Source: Gordonia phage Ghobes. From it: a DNA stretch of 32,000 bases. Position 1 is the first letter of the stretch; every line of letters starts with the position of its first letter. Of this stretch, positions 9,178 to 18,865 are shown piece by piece. The DNA lies in the sequence record KX557278.1; one strand, written 5' to 3'. The translations under genes were made by a program, and so were the position numbers. The notes below the pieces were generated by a model. It was not told where the DNA came from and did no database searches. It saw only the letters and a list, made by a program, of their open reading frames with translations.

Positions 9178-11274
9178 GTGGCTGTCGTCGGCGACTTCAC
9201 TTTCTTTCACGTAACCGGGCAGTGGCGTCACCTGGTGGACGACGAGCTTTCGGACCCGGACGCCTACCCCGACTCGGCGCGGCCTACCGGCAAGGTTACG
9301 CTGCGGCCTTTCCTGGGCAAGGACGCGGCTGGTAACCTGCGTCTCGAGTTGCCGGTCGGCAACCCCACCGCCTCCACCTCCTTCTCGACCGTGACCGCGC
9401 TGGTGGCAGACGGCGAGCTCTGCGACCTGCAAGGCCGACCAGGCGTCTGGCTCACCGGTAAGGCCAGCGAGTGGCACGTGTGGTGGGAGCTGGAAGCCGA
9501 GCTGTACTGGCGTGGTAAGCGGGTTCCTACTCGGCGACTGCTGTTTGCCTACCAGGGCGAAGAAGAGCTGCACCTGAACAACCTCACTCCGGCCGAAGGC
9601 CTGCCGGACGACGTGTTCCCGTCCTACCAGGACGCAGCGCTGTCGGCCGCACAGGCACGCGCTGCTCGCGACGAGGCCGTCTCTGCCGCCTCGCTGGCCC
9701 AGAGCGCGGCTGAGGGAGTCCAGGACGTAGCCGACCAGGTAGCCGCAGTCGACGCTTCGCGACAAGCAGCCGAGGACGCGCGAGACCAGGCCGTCGCTGC
9801 GGCTGGTGCGGCCGAGGCTGACGCAGCAGCGGTCCAGGCGGTGGTGGACGACGCTGCTGCAGCTCTCTCTTCGGTGTTCGCGAACGAGCTATCCAACCTC
9901 AACACGGCAGTCGCCAACGCGTCCACCTCCGCCAGCAACGCAGCCACCTCCGCCACACAGGCGTCCGGGTTCGCCACTACTGCGGCCGGTCACGCTTCGG
10001 CTGCCAACACCTCACGCTCGGAGGCAGTGACCGCAGCCTCCAACGCCAACACCGCGCGCAGTGACGCGGTCGCGGCTCGAGGAGACGCGGTCAACGCTCG
10101 AGACGTCGCAGTCAACGCTTCTTCCACGGCCTCGGGTCACGCCACCGCAGCGGAAACCTCGGCAACCAACGCTGCGGCCTCGGCAGTGGCAGCGGACGAC
10201 GCGGCCGACCGAGCCGAGCTTGCCGCCCAGGAGGCCGAGGACACAGTAGCGGCAGGAGTTCCGGCCGCGAGCTCCACTACCCGAGGTGGTGTGGTCCTCG
10301 CGGGCTCGGCTCCCGGCGAGCTGGGCGGTACTTGGGACCACCCCTCGGTCGTCGGTTGGGCCAACAAGGCCGACCTGGTCGGGGGTGTGGTCCCCACCAG
10401 TCAGTTGCCCGCTCGAGCGCTGGTCACCACCAAACTGGTCAACACCACGGCCGAGCGACTGGCGTTGACTGACGTGCAGGAAGGCGACTTCGCAGTACAG
10501 CTGCAGAACCCCGGACGCGGCACTTACTCGTTGGGTCCGGGTAGTCCGTCCGACGAGGCCTCCTGGGTCCTGAACGTGTCGCCCACCGACGCGGTCTCCT
10601 CGGTCAACGGGTACAACGGTGTGGTCGTCCTGGGCAAGGCGGACGTCGGGCTGGGCAACGTCGCGAACCTGGCACCGGCCGACCTGCCGCTGTCGTCGGC
10701 TACCAGCTCCGCCCTGGCGGGCAAGGCCAACACCAGCCACACCCACAACGCCTCTGACGTGAACGCGGGAACCCTCGCGTACGCTCGCCTGCCGGTCGGT
10801 ACCGGAGCGGGCTCCGTGGTCGCGGGAGACGACGCGAGACTAGCGAACGAGCGCACCCCGACCGACAACTCGGTGTCGACGGCCAAGCTGCAGAACGGAG
10901 CGGTCACGCAGGCCAAGCTCAACGGCGACGTAACTGTCTGGGTGCAGGGCCTGGTGGACACGAGCCTGGTGGCCGCGCAGCGGGTGCTGGCGAACCTGCA
11001 GACCTCGGCCTACACCCTGGCGCTCTCGGACGCCAACCGAGTGGTTGAAGTGGACTCTTCCTCGGCGGTCAACGTAACGGTCCCACCCGAGTCGGCAGTC
11101 AACTTCCCGGTCGGGAGCCTGGTCGAGGTCGCGCAGTTGGGCACTGGCAAGGTTACGCTCGTTGCCGGCAGTGGCGTCACCCTGCAGTCTGCAGCCTCTC
11201 CGCCCGCTACCCCGGCTCAGTACACCTCGGTCCTGTTGCGCAAGCGCTCAGCTAACACCTGGCTGGTGTTCTAG
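9178..11274 (+). CDS. tail fibre protein with Ala-rich coiled-coil repeats
   Basis: 698 aa; repeated AxxAxxxA/SNAATSATQA blocks and the tail-fibre motif ANTSHTHNASDVNAGTLAYARLPVG. Confidence 0.8.
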   Translation: MAVVGDFTFFHVTGQWRHLVDDELSDPDAYPDSARPTGKVTLRPFLGKDAAGNLRLELPVGNPTASTSFSTVTALVADGELCDLQGRPGVWLTGKASEWHVWWELEAELYWRGKRVPTRRLLFAYQGEEELHLNNLTPAEGLPDDVFPSYQDAALSAAQARAARDEAVSAASLAQSAAEGVQDVADQVAAVDASRQAAEDARDQAVAAAGAAEADAAAVQAVVDDAAAALSSVFANELSNLNTAVANASTSASNAATSATQASGFATTAAGHASAANTSRSEAVTAASNANTARSDAVAARGDAVNARDVAVNASSTASGHATAAETSATNAAASAVAADDAADRAELAAQEAEDTVAAGVPAASSTTRGGVVLAGSAPGELGGTWDHPSVVGWANKADLVGGVVPTSQLPARALVTTKLVNTTAERLALTDVQEGDFAVQLQNPGRGTYSLGPGSPSDEASWVLNVSPTDAVSSVNGYNGVVVLGKADVGLGNVANLAPADLPLSSATSSALAGKANTSHTHNASDVNAGTLAYARLPVGTGAGSVVAGDDARLANERTPTDNSVSTAKLQNGAVTQAKLNGDVTVWVQGLVDTSLVAAQRVLANLQTSAYTLALSDANRVVEVDSSSAVNVTVPPESAVNFPVGSLVEVAQLGTGKVTLVAGSGVTLQSAASPPATPAQYTSVLLRKRSANTWLVF

Positions 11275-11714
11275 TGGCACTCCCCAACCTGCGGTTTCGA
11301 GGCCTGCGACTTTCGCACCGAGTGCCGCCTTTCGCCCGCCAGAAGGCAGTACAGACGGCCAACATCGGCGACCCCGCCGGTAACCGAGTCCAGGTCCCGT
11401 TGACCTCGGACACTACCTACCCCGCAGTGGTGGTCGACAACACCCTGCGGGTTACCGGCTCCGCCACAGTCACGGTGACTCTCGGAGTAGGCGGTTCGGG
11501 TTCGATCTTCAGTGGAGTTCGGGTGGACCTGGAGCGTAACGGAGTGGTCGTGGGCAGCGTGACGACCTCGAACCAAAGTAACGCAAGGACCACCACACTG
11601 CCAGGGGTCGTGCTGGCCAACGCGGACGAGCTGAAGGTCTGGGCTCAGCGGGTCGCGGTCGGTAGTATTAGCGGTGACGTTCGCAGTGTGGTGGTCGACT
11701 TGGTCCCGGCTTAG
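11274..11714 (+). CDS. hypothetical tail-associated protein
   Basis: GTG overlapping previous TAG; last gene of the + strand tail operon; 146 aa. Confidence 0.6.
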   Translation: MALPNLRFRGLRLSHRVPPFARQKAVQTANIGDPAGNRVQVPLTSDTTYPAVVVDNTLRVTGSATVTVTLGVGGSGSIFSGVRVDLERNGVVVGSVTTSNQSNARTTTLPGVVLANADELKVWAQRVAVGSISGDVRSVVVDLVPA

Positions 11715-14269
11715 TCCTGGGAGCGGTACACCACCTCGCGGGCGAGCTCGCCTTTCAAGACGGTAAACCGGCGAACCGGTCCGTTTTGGCCCACCCTGGC
11801 GCGACGACCACGCTCCACGTCGTTCGGGAAGGCCTGGTACAACGCGTCCAGCTGCTGGTTCAGGCCGTTTTCGGACTCGGTTCGGCTAGAGACCTGTCCA
11901 AAGTTCTCTTTCTTCCACCAGTCTGCCAGCGCGCGGACGTTGACGTACACCTCGTAGGAGTCGTCTTCCTCGTAGGCGGTGGCGACCGGTGAGCGTCCGG
12001 CCGGGTTGAGGGTCTTGTCCGACAGGTACTTCGGCAGCAGCTTTTGGGTCAGCGTGTTGTCGTTCTTCAGCTTGACGCGGACGTTGCCCGAGGCGTCCAG
12101 GGTCTCGCGCGGAGCCTCCAGGACCTGGGTGCGGACCACTTCAGCGTAGTGACCTCCACCCTCAGTGAGCAGCTTCTTGTCGCGGTCCTTCGACAGCAGG
12201 TAGTCCAGCAGTCGGGAACCGACCGCCAGGACCAGCAGCCGGGAACCCTCGCGGCCGGAGGGCAGTTTGGTTCGCAGCTCCACGCAGGCGTTGGCGACCT
12301 CCCGCTCGACGGCCAGTACGGCAGTGACGTAGTGACCGGCGAGACTGGCTCCGCCCCCCAGTCGCGTGAGCCGGTCGGTCACCTCAACGACGTCGTTCCA
12401 CTGCGAGTAGTCACCCTTAGCGGACTTGCGGTCGGTCGGCGAGCTCGGGTTGACCAGGACGCAGCGGTCCAGGGTGGCCTTCTGGTCGTGCAGCTCCAGC
12501 GACTCGCCGGACAGCAGGAGAGACCCTACCAAGTCGTAGTTCACCGACACCGACTGGTTGACCATCTTGGTCAGCGTACCCCCTGCGGTGAGCACTCGGA
12601 TCAGCTCGTGAACCGACTGCGGTTCGTCCAGGTCGTCCACCCACACCAGGCCGTTGTAGTTCGCCGCGAGGGCGTTCCGGAGGGTCGGGACGGTGTAGTG
12701 TCCCTCGCCAGTGGTGGACCCCGAGAGTTGCACCATCAGGCTGAAGAAACCCGAGGTCTTGCCCGAGCCCGAGGCCGCTTCCACTGCGCAGACCGGAAAC
12801 AGTGGGACGTGTTTGCGAACCAGGTGCTTCGCGAAGTTCGCCGCCCACCAGCCGCCGAACAGCGCGACAGTCAGGTCGTCCTGGAACTCGCAGACCTCAG
12901 CCAGGACCTGGCGGGCTTCCTCGGCGGTCTGCTCGGTGCCGTAGTGCTGGGTCGCCGCGCGTGACGAGCGCAGGGTCGGGTTAGGTCGGGCGACCGAGTA
13001 CCCACGGGGTCCGTTGGCGTCCAACACCCCGTCAAAGGTCAGGAACCCTTGCTCTTCCTCGCACCAGCCGAGGCGGTTCACCTGCAGCGCTACCGGAGCG
13101 GGCTGCGACTGCAGGTACTGGTGTAACTTAGTAGGCCACTCCGGGGTCTTGTGAACCAGCTTGTCCGGCTGGGTCACCGAGGCACCGAAAGAGGCGAGCC
13201 GACGCTTCAGAGCTCGCGCGTCACCAAACAGGTCGGCCTCGAGCGACACCGGGGTCTCGGTCTTGTCGCGGTGCAGCTGCAGCAGGCAGTCGTAAGTCAG
13301 CGAGTTGTCCTCGGGGTCCCGCAGCACACCCACCAGCTTAAGGTCGAAGTCGGCGAACTGGACCGCCACCGGCTCGGTCTTCTTGTCGTCTCCGACGTAA
13401 CCGGCAGTCAGCAACTGGTAGTCGTCCGAGACCAACCAGCCCGACTCTTCCTTCAGCGTCTCCAGGAAGTCGCGCTCGGGGTGGCCGGAGCTCTCGGTGT
13501 TCCAGACCGACTTGCCGGTCTTGTCCACCTCGCCCTGGTCCAGTGGCTGCGGCAGCAGCTTGTTCGCCGCGTTCACGTGGTACCAGTACAAGTCGGGTTC
13601 CGCCCGGTACCGTTTGGCGTAGTGACCGCAGACCTTGGTGAGCCACTCGTTACGGCCACCCTCGGCCGGGGGGTTGTTCAGCAGCGAGGTCAGCAGCGAC
13701 TTGACGTCCGCGTTACCCTCGCCTCCGGTGGCCTGGACGGTGCGCACGCGCTTGAGCAGCGAGTCGGGGACGAACACCACCGGCTGGTCGTCTTGGGTGT
13801 ACTTCTGGCCGGTCTCGGGGTGGACCGAACCCGGCAGGACCACGTACGAGTTCGCTCCGGTCTTGACGTCGACGCCAGGTCCCAGGACGTTGGCACCGGA
13901 CTTGACCCGTTGCAAGTCGTGCAACGAGTAGACCAGGTGGACACCCCCGTCGCCTCGGCCGGAGTAGTGGCGGCGAGTCGGTGGCAGGTCCTCGGGAACC
14001 TTGCCTCCTGAGCGGGGGTCCACGTCCACCACCAGCTTGCCCGCGCAGGAACCGCCCACGTTGCAGTCCGGGTAGAGCTTGGCCCAGCGGGCCAGCGTCT
14101 CCGGATCACGGGTGGCGTCTTTGACACCGGCCGACCCCTTGTAAGGTTCCTTCGAGCGGGGGGCGAGAGGGAACACCGACCAACCTTGGCCGACCCAGTA
14201 GAGGAAGAGTTCCTCCACGTTCTGCAGGTCCTGGGGTTGAGCGGCGGACAGGTTGTGTGGTAGTTTCAA
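11711..14269 (-). CDS. bifunctional primase/polymerase with C-terminal DUF927-like ATPase/helicase domain
   Basis: N-terminal prim-pol signature (GWSVFPLAPRSKEPY...LVVDVDP...HYSGRGDGGVHLVY) and Walker A ASGSGKTS; TTG start. Confidence 0.85.
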   Translation of the reverse strand: MKLPHNLSAAQPQDLQNVEELFLYWVGQGWSVFPLAPRSKEPYKGSAGVKDATRDPETLARWAKLYPDCNVGGSCAGKLVVDVDPRSGGKVPEDLPPTRRHYSGRGDGGVHLVYSLHDLQRVKSGANVLGPGVDVKTGANSYVVLPGSVHPETGQKYTQDDQPVVFVPDSLLKRVRTVQATGGEGNADVKSLLTSLLNNPPAEGGRNEWLTKVCGHYAKRYRAEPDLYWYHVNAANKLLPQPLDQGEVDKTGKSVWNTESSGHPERDFLETLKEESGWLVSDDYQLLTAGYVGDDKKTEPVAVQFADFDLKLVGVLRDPEDNSLTYDCLLQLHRDKTETPVSLEADLFGDARALKRRLASFGASVTQPDKLVHKTPEWPTKLHQYLQSQPAPVALQVNRLGWCEEEQGFLTFDGVLDANGPRGYSVARPNPTLRSSRAATQHYGTEQTAEEARQVLAEVCEFQDDLTVALFGGWWAANFAKHLVRKHVPLFPVCAVEAASGSGKTSGFFSLMVQLSGSTTGEGHYTVPTLRNALAANYNGLVWVDDLDEPQSVHELIRVLTAGGTLTKMVNQSVSVNYDLVGSLLLSGESLELHDQKATLDRCVLVNPSSPTDRKSAKGDYSQWNDVVEVTDRLTRLGGGASLAGHYVTAVLAVEREVANACVELRTKLPSGREGSRLLVLAVGSRLLDYLLSKDRDKKLLTEGGGHYAEVVRTQVLEAPRETLDASGNVRVKLKNDNTLTQKLLPKYLSDKTLNPAGRSPVATAYEEDDSYEVYVNVRALADWWKKENFGQVSSRTESENGLNQQLDALYQAFPNDVERGRRARVGQNGPVRRFTVLKGELAREVVYRSQD

Positions 14270-14307
14270 GGGGAACTGGCTCTCTTCCTAGCGCGGGTTC
14301 TTGGGTG

Positions 14308-14347
14308 GAACGACCCCCAGTCGCCAAAAAGTGACTGGGGGTCGTTC
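14308..14347. terminator. strong intrinsic hairpin; T-run lies on the + strand side
   Basis: Perfect 15-bp inverted repeat GAACGACCCCCAGTC / GACTGGGGGTCGTTC with 10-nt loop, then GTTTTT on +. Confidence 0.8.
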
Positions 14348-14367
14348 GTTTTTCCGTTACCTACCGG

Positions 14368-14838
14368 TCAGTACTCGTCGTCCGAGTCCTCCTTGGCAGC
14401 CGAGCTGCCGACCGACTCGGGGTCGAAGTCCCACTCGTCCGGGTTGAACTCCGACAGCGACTGCACCTGGTTGCGCAGCTGTCCGGCCTTGGGGCCACGG
14501 CTGATCGGCTCCTGGACCAAGTACAGCACGACCCACTCGCCGACCAGCTCGTCGGTGTCGGAGTCCGAGGTGTAGCCGAAGGCCTCGAACGTGGCCTTCA
14601 GGAAGCCGAGCGACTTCGGCGACAGGCTGGTGTTGTTCCACTGGCGACCGGCCTGCTTGTTGCCGTCTGCGTCGTGCAGGTTCTCGAACTCCCACACCCA
14701 GTAAGGGTACTCGTTGCCGTCCTTCTGGACAACACTCTTCAGCTGCGCGGCGTAGCGGCCCTCCGGCAGGAGGTAGGAGCCGGACGCGGCCTCAGACTTG
14801 TCGACCTGGGCGGCAACCTTCTTGGTGAGCTTCGGCAC
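14368..14838 (-). CDS. ssDNA-binding-like / DUF669-family recombination protein
   Basis: GSYLLPEGRYAAQLKSV...WVWEFENL...ADGNKQAGRQWNNTSLSPKSLGFLKATFEAFG resembles DUF669; acidic tail; between recombination genes. Confidence 0.65.
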   Translation of the reverse strand: MPKLTKKVAAQVDKSEAASGSYLLPEGRYAAQLKSVVQKDGNEYPYWVWEFENLHDADGNKQAGRQWNNTSLSPKSLGFLKATFEAFGYTSDSDTDELVGEWVVLYLVQEPISRGPKAGQLRNQVQSLSEFNPDEWDFDPESVGSSAAKEDSDDEY

Positions 14839-14892
14839 TGTTTTTCTCTCTTCTCTCTTGTTTTTCTTCTGAACCCAGCTGCAGCTGGGAGT

Positions 14893-15891
14893 CTACTTGT
14901 CCGCCTCGGCAGCAGCGGCCGGTGCGGCCTTCTTTGCCGGGGCCTTGCGGGCGGTGGTCTTGGTGGCCTTGCGCTTTTCCTTCTCGAGACGCTCGGCCTC
15001 CAGTTTGGCCTTGCGCTCGGCCTCCTTCGCCTCCAGTTCGGTCTGCAGAGGGTCTTCCTGGTCGTCGTACACCCCGTTCACGTAGTCCAGGACGCGGACG
15101 AAGTTCGGCTCGTTGAGGACTTCCGGCAGGACGCCGAAGCGGTCCTTCGCGCGAACCCGGTCGGTCTTGGTGAACCGAGCGCGGAAGTCGTTCTCCGGGC
15201 TCGCGAGCCGTCCGACGAGGTCCGCGTAGCCCAGGACGTCGGTGCACAAGGCAGGAGTCAGCGCGGGACGGTACTCCTTGGCGTCCTCGTCGTCCTTCTC
15301 TAAACAGAGAAACACCACGTGGCAGGGAAGGTCCCGGAACTTGCGGACAAGTTTACGGAGCTGGTTCGTCATCACCCCGTAGTCGTCGCGGTCCACGAAG
15401 TCCGGGTCCACCTCGACGCGGGACTTGGCAACGCGCTTCTTGGTCGCCTGCTCCCGCAGCACGTGGTGGGTCTCGGTGAGCGAGTCGACCACGACGCAGA
15501 ACCAGGAGTTGGGGTCGTCGGTCAGGTCTTCCAGGAGCTTCTGGTGGAGGTCCTCCAGCGACTGGGCGGTGACCTCGGTACCGGCCGGAGGCCAGACGGC
15601 GAGGTTCTCGGTCTTGACTCCCTGCTTGCGCAGCGCGACCTTCTTCAGACCGCCTTCCACGTTCACGAACAGGGTCCGGCCGAGGTTCGCGGCGAACGCG
15701 GCCGAGGTCGTCTTGCCAGTTCCCTCGTGGCCGTACAGTACGGCCTTGACGTACTCGGTGGTTTCTTCCAGCGGAGTGAACCAGTCCGAGGTGGACTTCT
15801 TCTTGACAGACTCGGCCGGGGGTGCCGTGTCAGCGACCGTGTTCTCGGTCGAGCTCGGGTCTCCGTCGAGCAGCTTACCTGCTTTGGGCAC
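14893..15891 (-). CDS. RecA-like ATPase (Sak4-like recombinase)
   Basis: Walker A GHEGTGKTTSAA, Walker B WFCVVVDSLTE; flanked by SSB-like and RecB-like genes. Confidence 0.8.
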   Translation of the reverse strand: MPKAGKLLDGDPSSTENTVADTAPPAESVKKKSTSDWFTPLEETTEYVKAVLYGHEGTGKTTSAAFAANLGRTLFVNVEGGLKKVALRKQGVKTENLAVWPPAGTEVTAQSLEDLHQKLLEDLTDDPNSWFCVVVDSLTETHHVLREQATKKRVAKSRVEVDPDFVDRDDYGVMTNQLRKLVRKFRDLPCHVVFLCLEKDDEDAKEYRPALTPALCTDVLGYADLVGRLASPENDFRARFTKTDRVRAKDRFGVLPEVLNEPNFVRVLDYVNGVYDDQEDPLQTELEAKEAERKAKLEAERLEKEKRKATKTTARKAPAKKAAPAAAAEADK

Positions 15892-15929
15892 TTTCTTCTT
15901 CCTCTCCTGGGTGGGTCTTACACTAGTGT

Positions 15930-15961
15930 ACGCTACCAGCTAGGCTACGGGGTCCACAAGT
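15930..15961 (-). promoter_or_regulatory. putative promoter ACTTGTG-N16-TGGTAGCGT
   Basis: Matches the spaced motif family with a weaker -10 (TAGCGT); upstream of Sak4-like gene; adjacent perfect palindrome TACACTAGTGTA at 15919-15930. Confidence 0.55.
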
Positions 15962-16979
15962 GCGGCTTTCGCGTGCCGGCAGGAGGAACCAGAGACACCA
16001 CCGGGTCCTCGTCGTACTCGCGGTGCTTCTTGTCGTTGACGGTGAACCCGAAGTCTTGCAGGACGGTTTCTTCGGACGCCACGCCTTTACGGTACAGCAG
16101 GTGGGCCTGCAGGAAGTCGCAACGCCAGGAGCAGCGGTCGGGAGCCGGGGACGAGTGCAGCGGGGTGTCTCCTCCCCAAGCCGCGCAGGCGGTGTTGTAG
16201 GCGTCGCGGACGAGGTTGTCCAGCTCCTGTTCGGTGCGGTAGGTCGAGACCCTCCGGAACCGCTGCTCCAACGTCATCGGGCTCTTGTTGCGCTGGGTCC
16301 GAGCGTCCGAGCGGACGGTTCCGAACACCGGGTAACCCAACTGCCGCAGAGCCCAGGTGTACAGCCCGAACTGGTCGTCCAAGTCCACCTCGGTCTCTCG
16401 GCTGAAGTCGCGTGCCGACTTGTGGTCGACCAGCCAGACCTTGCCGGTGGCTCGGTCCCGGACTACCAGGTCCACCTTGAACCGCAGGTCCACCCGCAAC
16501 CCACCCTCAGGTCCAGGCAACGGGACCTGGCCCGCGAACTCGACTTCCAGGACTTCCCAGTCGGGGTCCAGGCCGTAGCAGTCCAGGTGTCCGTCGTAGA
16601 GCCACTCGACCTTCTCCTGGTCCTCGTTCTGCCGACCGGCCTCGTCGTACAGCAGGTGCTTCTTCACCCACTCGAACAGGAAGGCCGGGTCCACTGCCAC
16701 GTTGTTGCCGAAACGCTGAACCCAGGTGTAGTGACACTCCAGGACCAGGTGCCACAGCGAGCCGCGCGACAGTGGCGAACCCACCTTGGGCGGCTTGACC
16801 CACCGGTCCTTGTAGGACCACTTGTGCTTCAGCGGGCACTGCCGGTAGGCGTCGAGCTCAGAGTAGGTCACCACCACCTGTGGTGTAAGGGAACTGACCG
16901 AAGAGGTCGGTTTGGTGGGCTGGTTTGCCTTGGTGGCGGAGGAGCCAGTGGTAACCGTGGACTTGGGCGTCTTGGGCAT
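15945..16979 (-). CDS. PD-(D/E)XK nuclease, RecB/Cas4-like exonuclease
   Basis: SELDAYRQCPLKHKWSYKDRW..., VDLRFKVDLVVRD...VWLVDHKSA..., C-terminal Cys motif CSWRCDF; ATG start. Confidence 0.85.
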   Translation of the reverse strand: MPKTPKSTVTTGSSATKANQPTKPTSSVSSLTPQVVVTYSELDAYRQCPLKHKWSYKDRWVKPPKVGSPLSRGSLWHLVLECHYTWVQRFGNNVAVDPAFLFEWVKKHLLYDEAGRQNEDQEKVEWLYDGHLDCYGLDPDWEVLEVEFAGQVPLPGPEGGLRVDLRFKVDLVVRDRATGKVWLVDHKSARDFSRETEVDLDDQFGLYTWALRQLGYPVFGTVRSDARTQRNKSPMTLEQRFRRVSTYRTEQELDNLVRDAYNTACAAWGGDTPLHSSPAPDRCSWRCDFLQAHLLYRKGVASEETVLQDFGFTVNDKKHREYDEDPVVSLVPPAGTRKPHLWTP

Positions 16980-17331
16980 GCGAACCCTTTCCTGGGGGAA
17001 CTAGTTGTAGGTCGTGCGCTCTGCAGTAGGCTGCAGTGGGCTTCTTCACCGAGGCAGACTGCAGGTAGACCGGGCAGTGGTGAAGGAAAGCCCAGTAGGT
17101 CAGTGCGCCAACGTGTTGGGCGGTGACCAGGGTCGTTCGGGACAGGCTCTTCGCCTTGTCCGGGTAGAGCCGGAACTCCTCGACTACCAGCGTCCGGGGC
17201 TGGTGTTCCTCGAGCAGGTCGAAGCTCTCTCGTGGCGTGGTCGCGAAGCACTCGACCACCTGGTCGTCTTCCCACGCGCAGAACCCGACGTACTCTTCGC
17301 CGGGGTCCACCGAAACCCACCTCACGAGCAC
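16858..17331 (-). CDS. RuvC-like Holliday junction resolvase
   Basis: VSVDPGEEYVGFCAWEDDQVVECFATT... RNase H fold first strand, TLVVEEF; GTG start at 17331; overlaps the downstream gene. Confidence 0.65.
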   Translation of the reverse strand: MLVRWVSVDPGEEYVGFCAWEDDQVVECFATTPRESFDLLEEHQPRTLVVEEFRLYPDKAKSLSRTTLVTAQHVGALTYWAFLHHCPVYLQSASVKKPTAAYCRAHDLQLVPPGKGSHAQDAQVHGYHWLLRHQGKPAHQTDLFGQFPYTTGGGDLL

Positions 17332-17465
17332 TCCCCCGCGTGGTACAGGAAGCACTGCGGGCAGTACGGCTCGTGTTTGGTCGGCTGTCTCAGGTCAAAC
17401 TCGTAGTCGGGGTCTCCTCTCGTGGTGAAGCGGTCGTGCGGCCGGGCAACGTCGGTCAACTTCAC
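17322..17465 (-). CDS. small Cys-rich protein (47 aa)
   Basis: GTG start; VKLTDVARPHDRFTTRGDPDYEFDLRQPTKHEPYCPQCFLYHAGECS, CPxC plus C; fills the gap between helicase and resolvase genes with short overlaps. Confidence 0.55.
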   Translation of the reverse strand: MKLTDVARPHDRFTTRGDPDYEFDLRQPTKHEPYCPQCFLYHAGECS

Positions 17466-18865
17466 AGGAGCTCCTTGAACCTCGCGGCAGACAGCGTTCG
17501 AGTCTGCGCGTCGACCTTCGAGTCTACTAGGTCCCGCTTGTTCTCGTCCAAGCAGCGAGCCCCGTTGCGACGAGTGCTGACGTACTCGCGCACAGTGCAG
17601 GGGTGTTCCTGGCCGAGCCGGTGGATCCGACGCTTGACCTGCTGGTTCCGGCTGGGTTTGTAGCTGGTCTCGAGCTGGACCAGCAGGTCGGCCGCAGTGA
17701 GGGTCAAGCCCTCAGCCACGGTGTCCAGTGAACCGCACAGGACGTCGTAACGGCCCTCCTGGAAGCCCTGGACGGCCTCGCGACGGTCTCGGCTGTTCGT
17801 ACCCCCGTGCACCACTGCTGTTCGCTTCCCGAGGTCACGAGACACCTGCGCTGCGGCCTCTACGGTGAGCCGGTAGTGCGCGGCGACCAAGGTCGGCCGG
17901 AAGCGCTCGCTCAGGTCCTCCCGCAGTTGCTCGAGCTTGTTGGAGTCGGCAACCTCGGGTCGGCCGGTGAGCAGCCCCAGGCCGGTGGTCAACTTGTCCA
18001 GCAGACAGTTCTTGGCTGAGTCGGACCAGGCGACCACCTCCTCGTCGCCGACCGTGGCGAAGTAGTCTTTCTTCAGTGACGCGTACTCGCGGTCCTGCTT
18101 GGGCGTGAACGGAAGCTTCACCACCTGGACGGTCAGCGGAGGCAGGTCGGTCAACACGTCGTCGCGCAGCCGCTGCAGGAACTTGTCGCCGAAGTTGGCT
18201 TGAGCGAAGTCCAGGTAGTGCTGGCAGGGGTCCAGCGGTGAGCGCTGGTTGCAGGCCGGAGTGCAGCCGCGCAGGCCCAACACGTCGTAGGCGAAGTCGC
18301 CGCCAAACTTCGAGGGCCTGGTCTTGAACCACTCGTCGGTCCAACGCCAGCGCGAGCCGAACCGGCCTCCGGGCTTGGCCTCGTTCGGGTACAGCAGGCG
18401 CAGCGGCACCAGCAGCTCGTGGGGCCAGTTCGGCACCGGGGTTCCCGAGGCCAGGAACACCTGGTCGGCTTGCTTCGCGAGCTTCACCACGGCTTTGGTC
18501 CGGAGAGCCTTCTCGTTCTTTACGTAGTGGGCCTCGTCCAACACCAGGGTGTCCCAGTGCCGGTCCAGGTGCGGGTGTAGGTCCGTGGTCGGGGTCGTGC
18601 CACCTTTGGGAGTCCGCACGCGCTGGGTCAGGTCCGAGTAACTGGCGAAGCTGAAGGTGTCCGGGTCGTCCGCCCAGCGCTCGGCCTCGGCTTCCCAGTT
18701 ACCCGAGTCGACCAGGGTCGCCGGGGCCACCACGAGGGTGTTTCCGTCACCGGCCGCGCGCACCAACTGGGCGGACTTACCAAGTCCCATCTCGTCCCCG
18801 AGGTAGGCTCGTCCCTGCTCCTCCAGGAACTGGACTCCCTCGAGCTGGTAGGGTCGCAGGTTCAC
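17462..18865 (-). CDS. SNF2-family DEAD/DEAH helicase
   Basis: NLRPYQLEGVQFL, YLGDEMGLGKSAQ, LVLDEAHYVKN, ASGTPVPN, C-terminal QVKRRIHRLGQ; GTG at 18865 with AAGGAG, not the track start at 19105. Confidence 0.9.
   Translation of the reverse strand: MNLRPYQLEGVQFLEEQGRAYLGDEMGLGKSAQLVRAAGDGNTLVVAPATLVDSGNWEAEAERWADDPDTFSFASYSDLTQRVRTPKGGTTPTTDLHPHLDRHWDTLVLDEAHYVKNEKALRTKAVVKLAKQADQVFLASGTPVPNWPHELLVPLRLLYPNEAKPGGRFGSRWRWTDEWFKTRPSKFGGDFAYDVLGLRGCTPACNQRSPLDPCQHYLDFAQANFGDKFLQRLRDDVLTDLPPLTVQVVKLPFTPKQDREYASLKKDYFATVGDEEVVAWSDSAKNCLLDKLTTGLGLLTGRPEVADSNKLEQLREDLSERFRPTLVAAHYRLTVEAAAQVSRDLGKRTAVVHGGTNSRDRREAVQGFQEGRYDVLCGSLDTVAEGLTLTAADLLVQLETSYKPSRNQQVKRRIHRLGQEHPCTVREYVSTRRNGARCLDENKRDLVDSKVDAQTRTLSAARFKELL

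Noticed and set aside
9780-10250. Repetitive Ala/Thr/Ser-coding stretch considered as a separate DNA repeat element
   Set aside because: Explained by coiled-coil protein repeats of the tail fibre gene.
12044-12964. 306-aa + strand ORF opposite the primase/ATPase gene
   Set aside because: Low-complexity shadow translation with no domain signature; the reverse gene is well supported.
15960-17126. 388-aa + strand ORF spanning the RecB-like and RuvC-like genes
   Set aside because: Crosses two well-supported reverse genes and has no recognisable domain.
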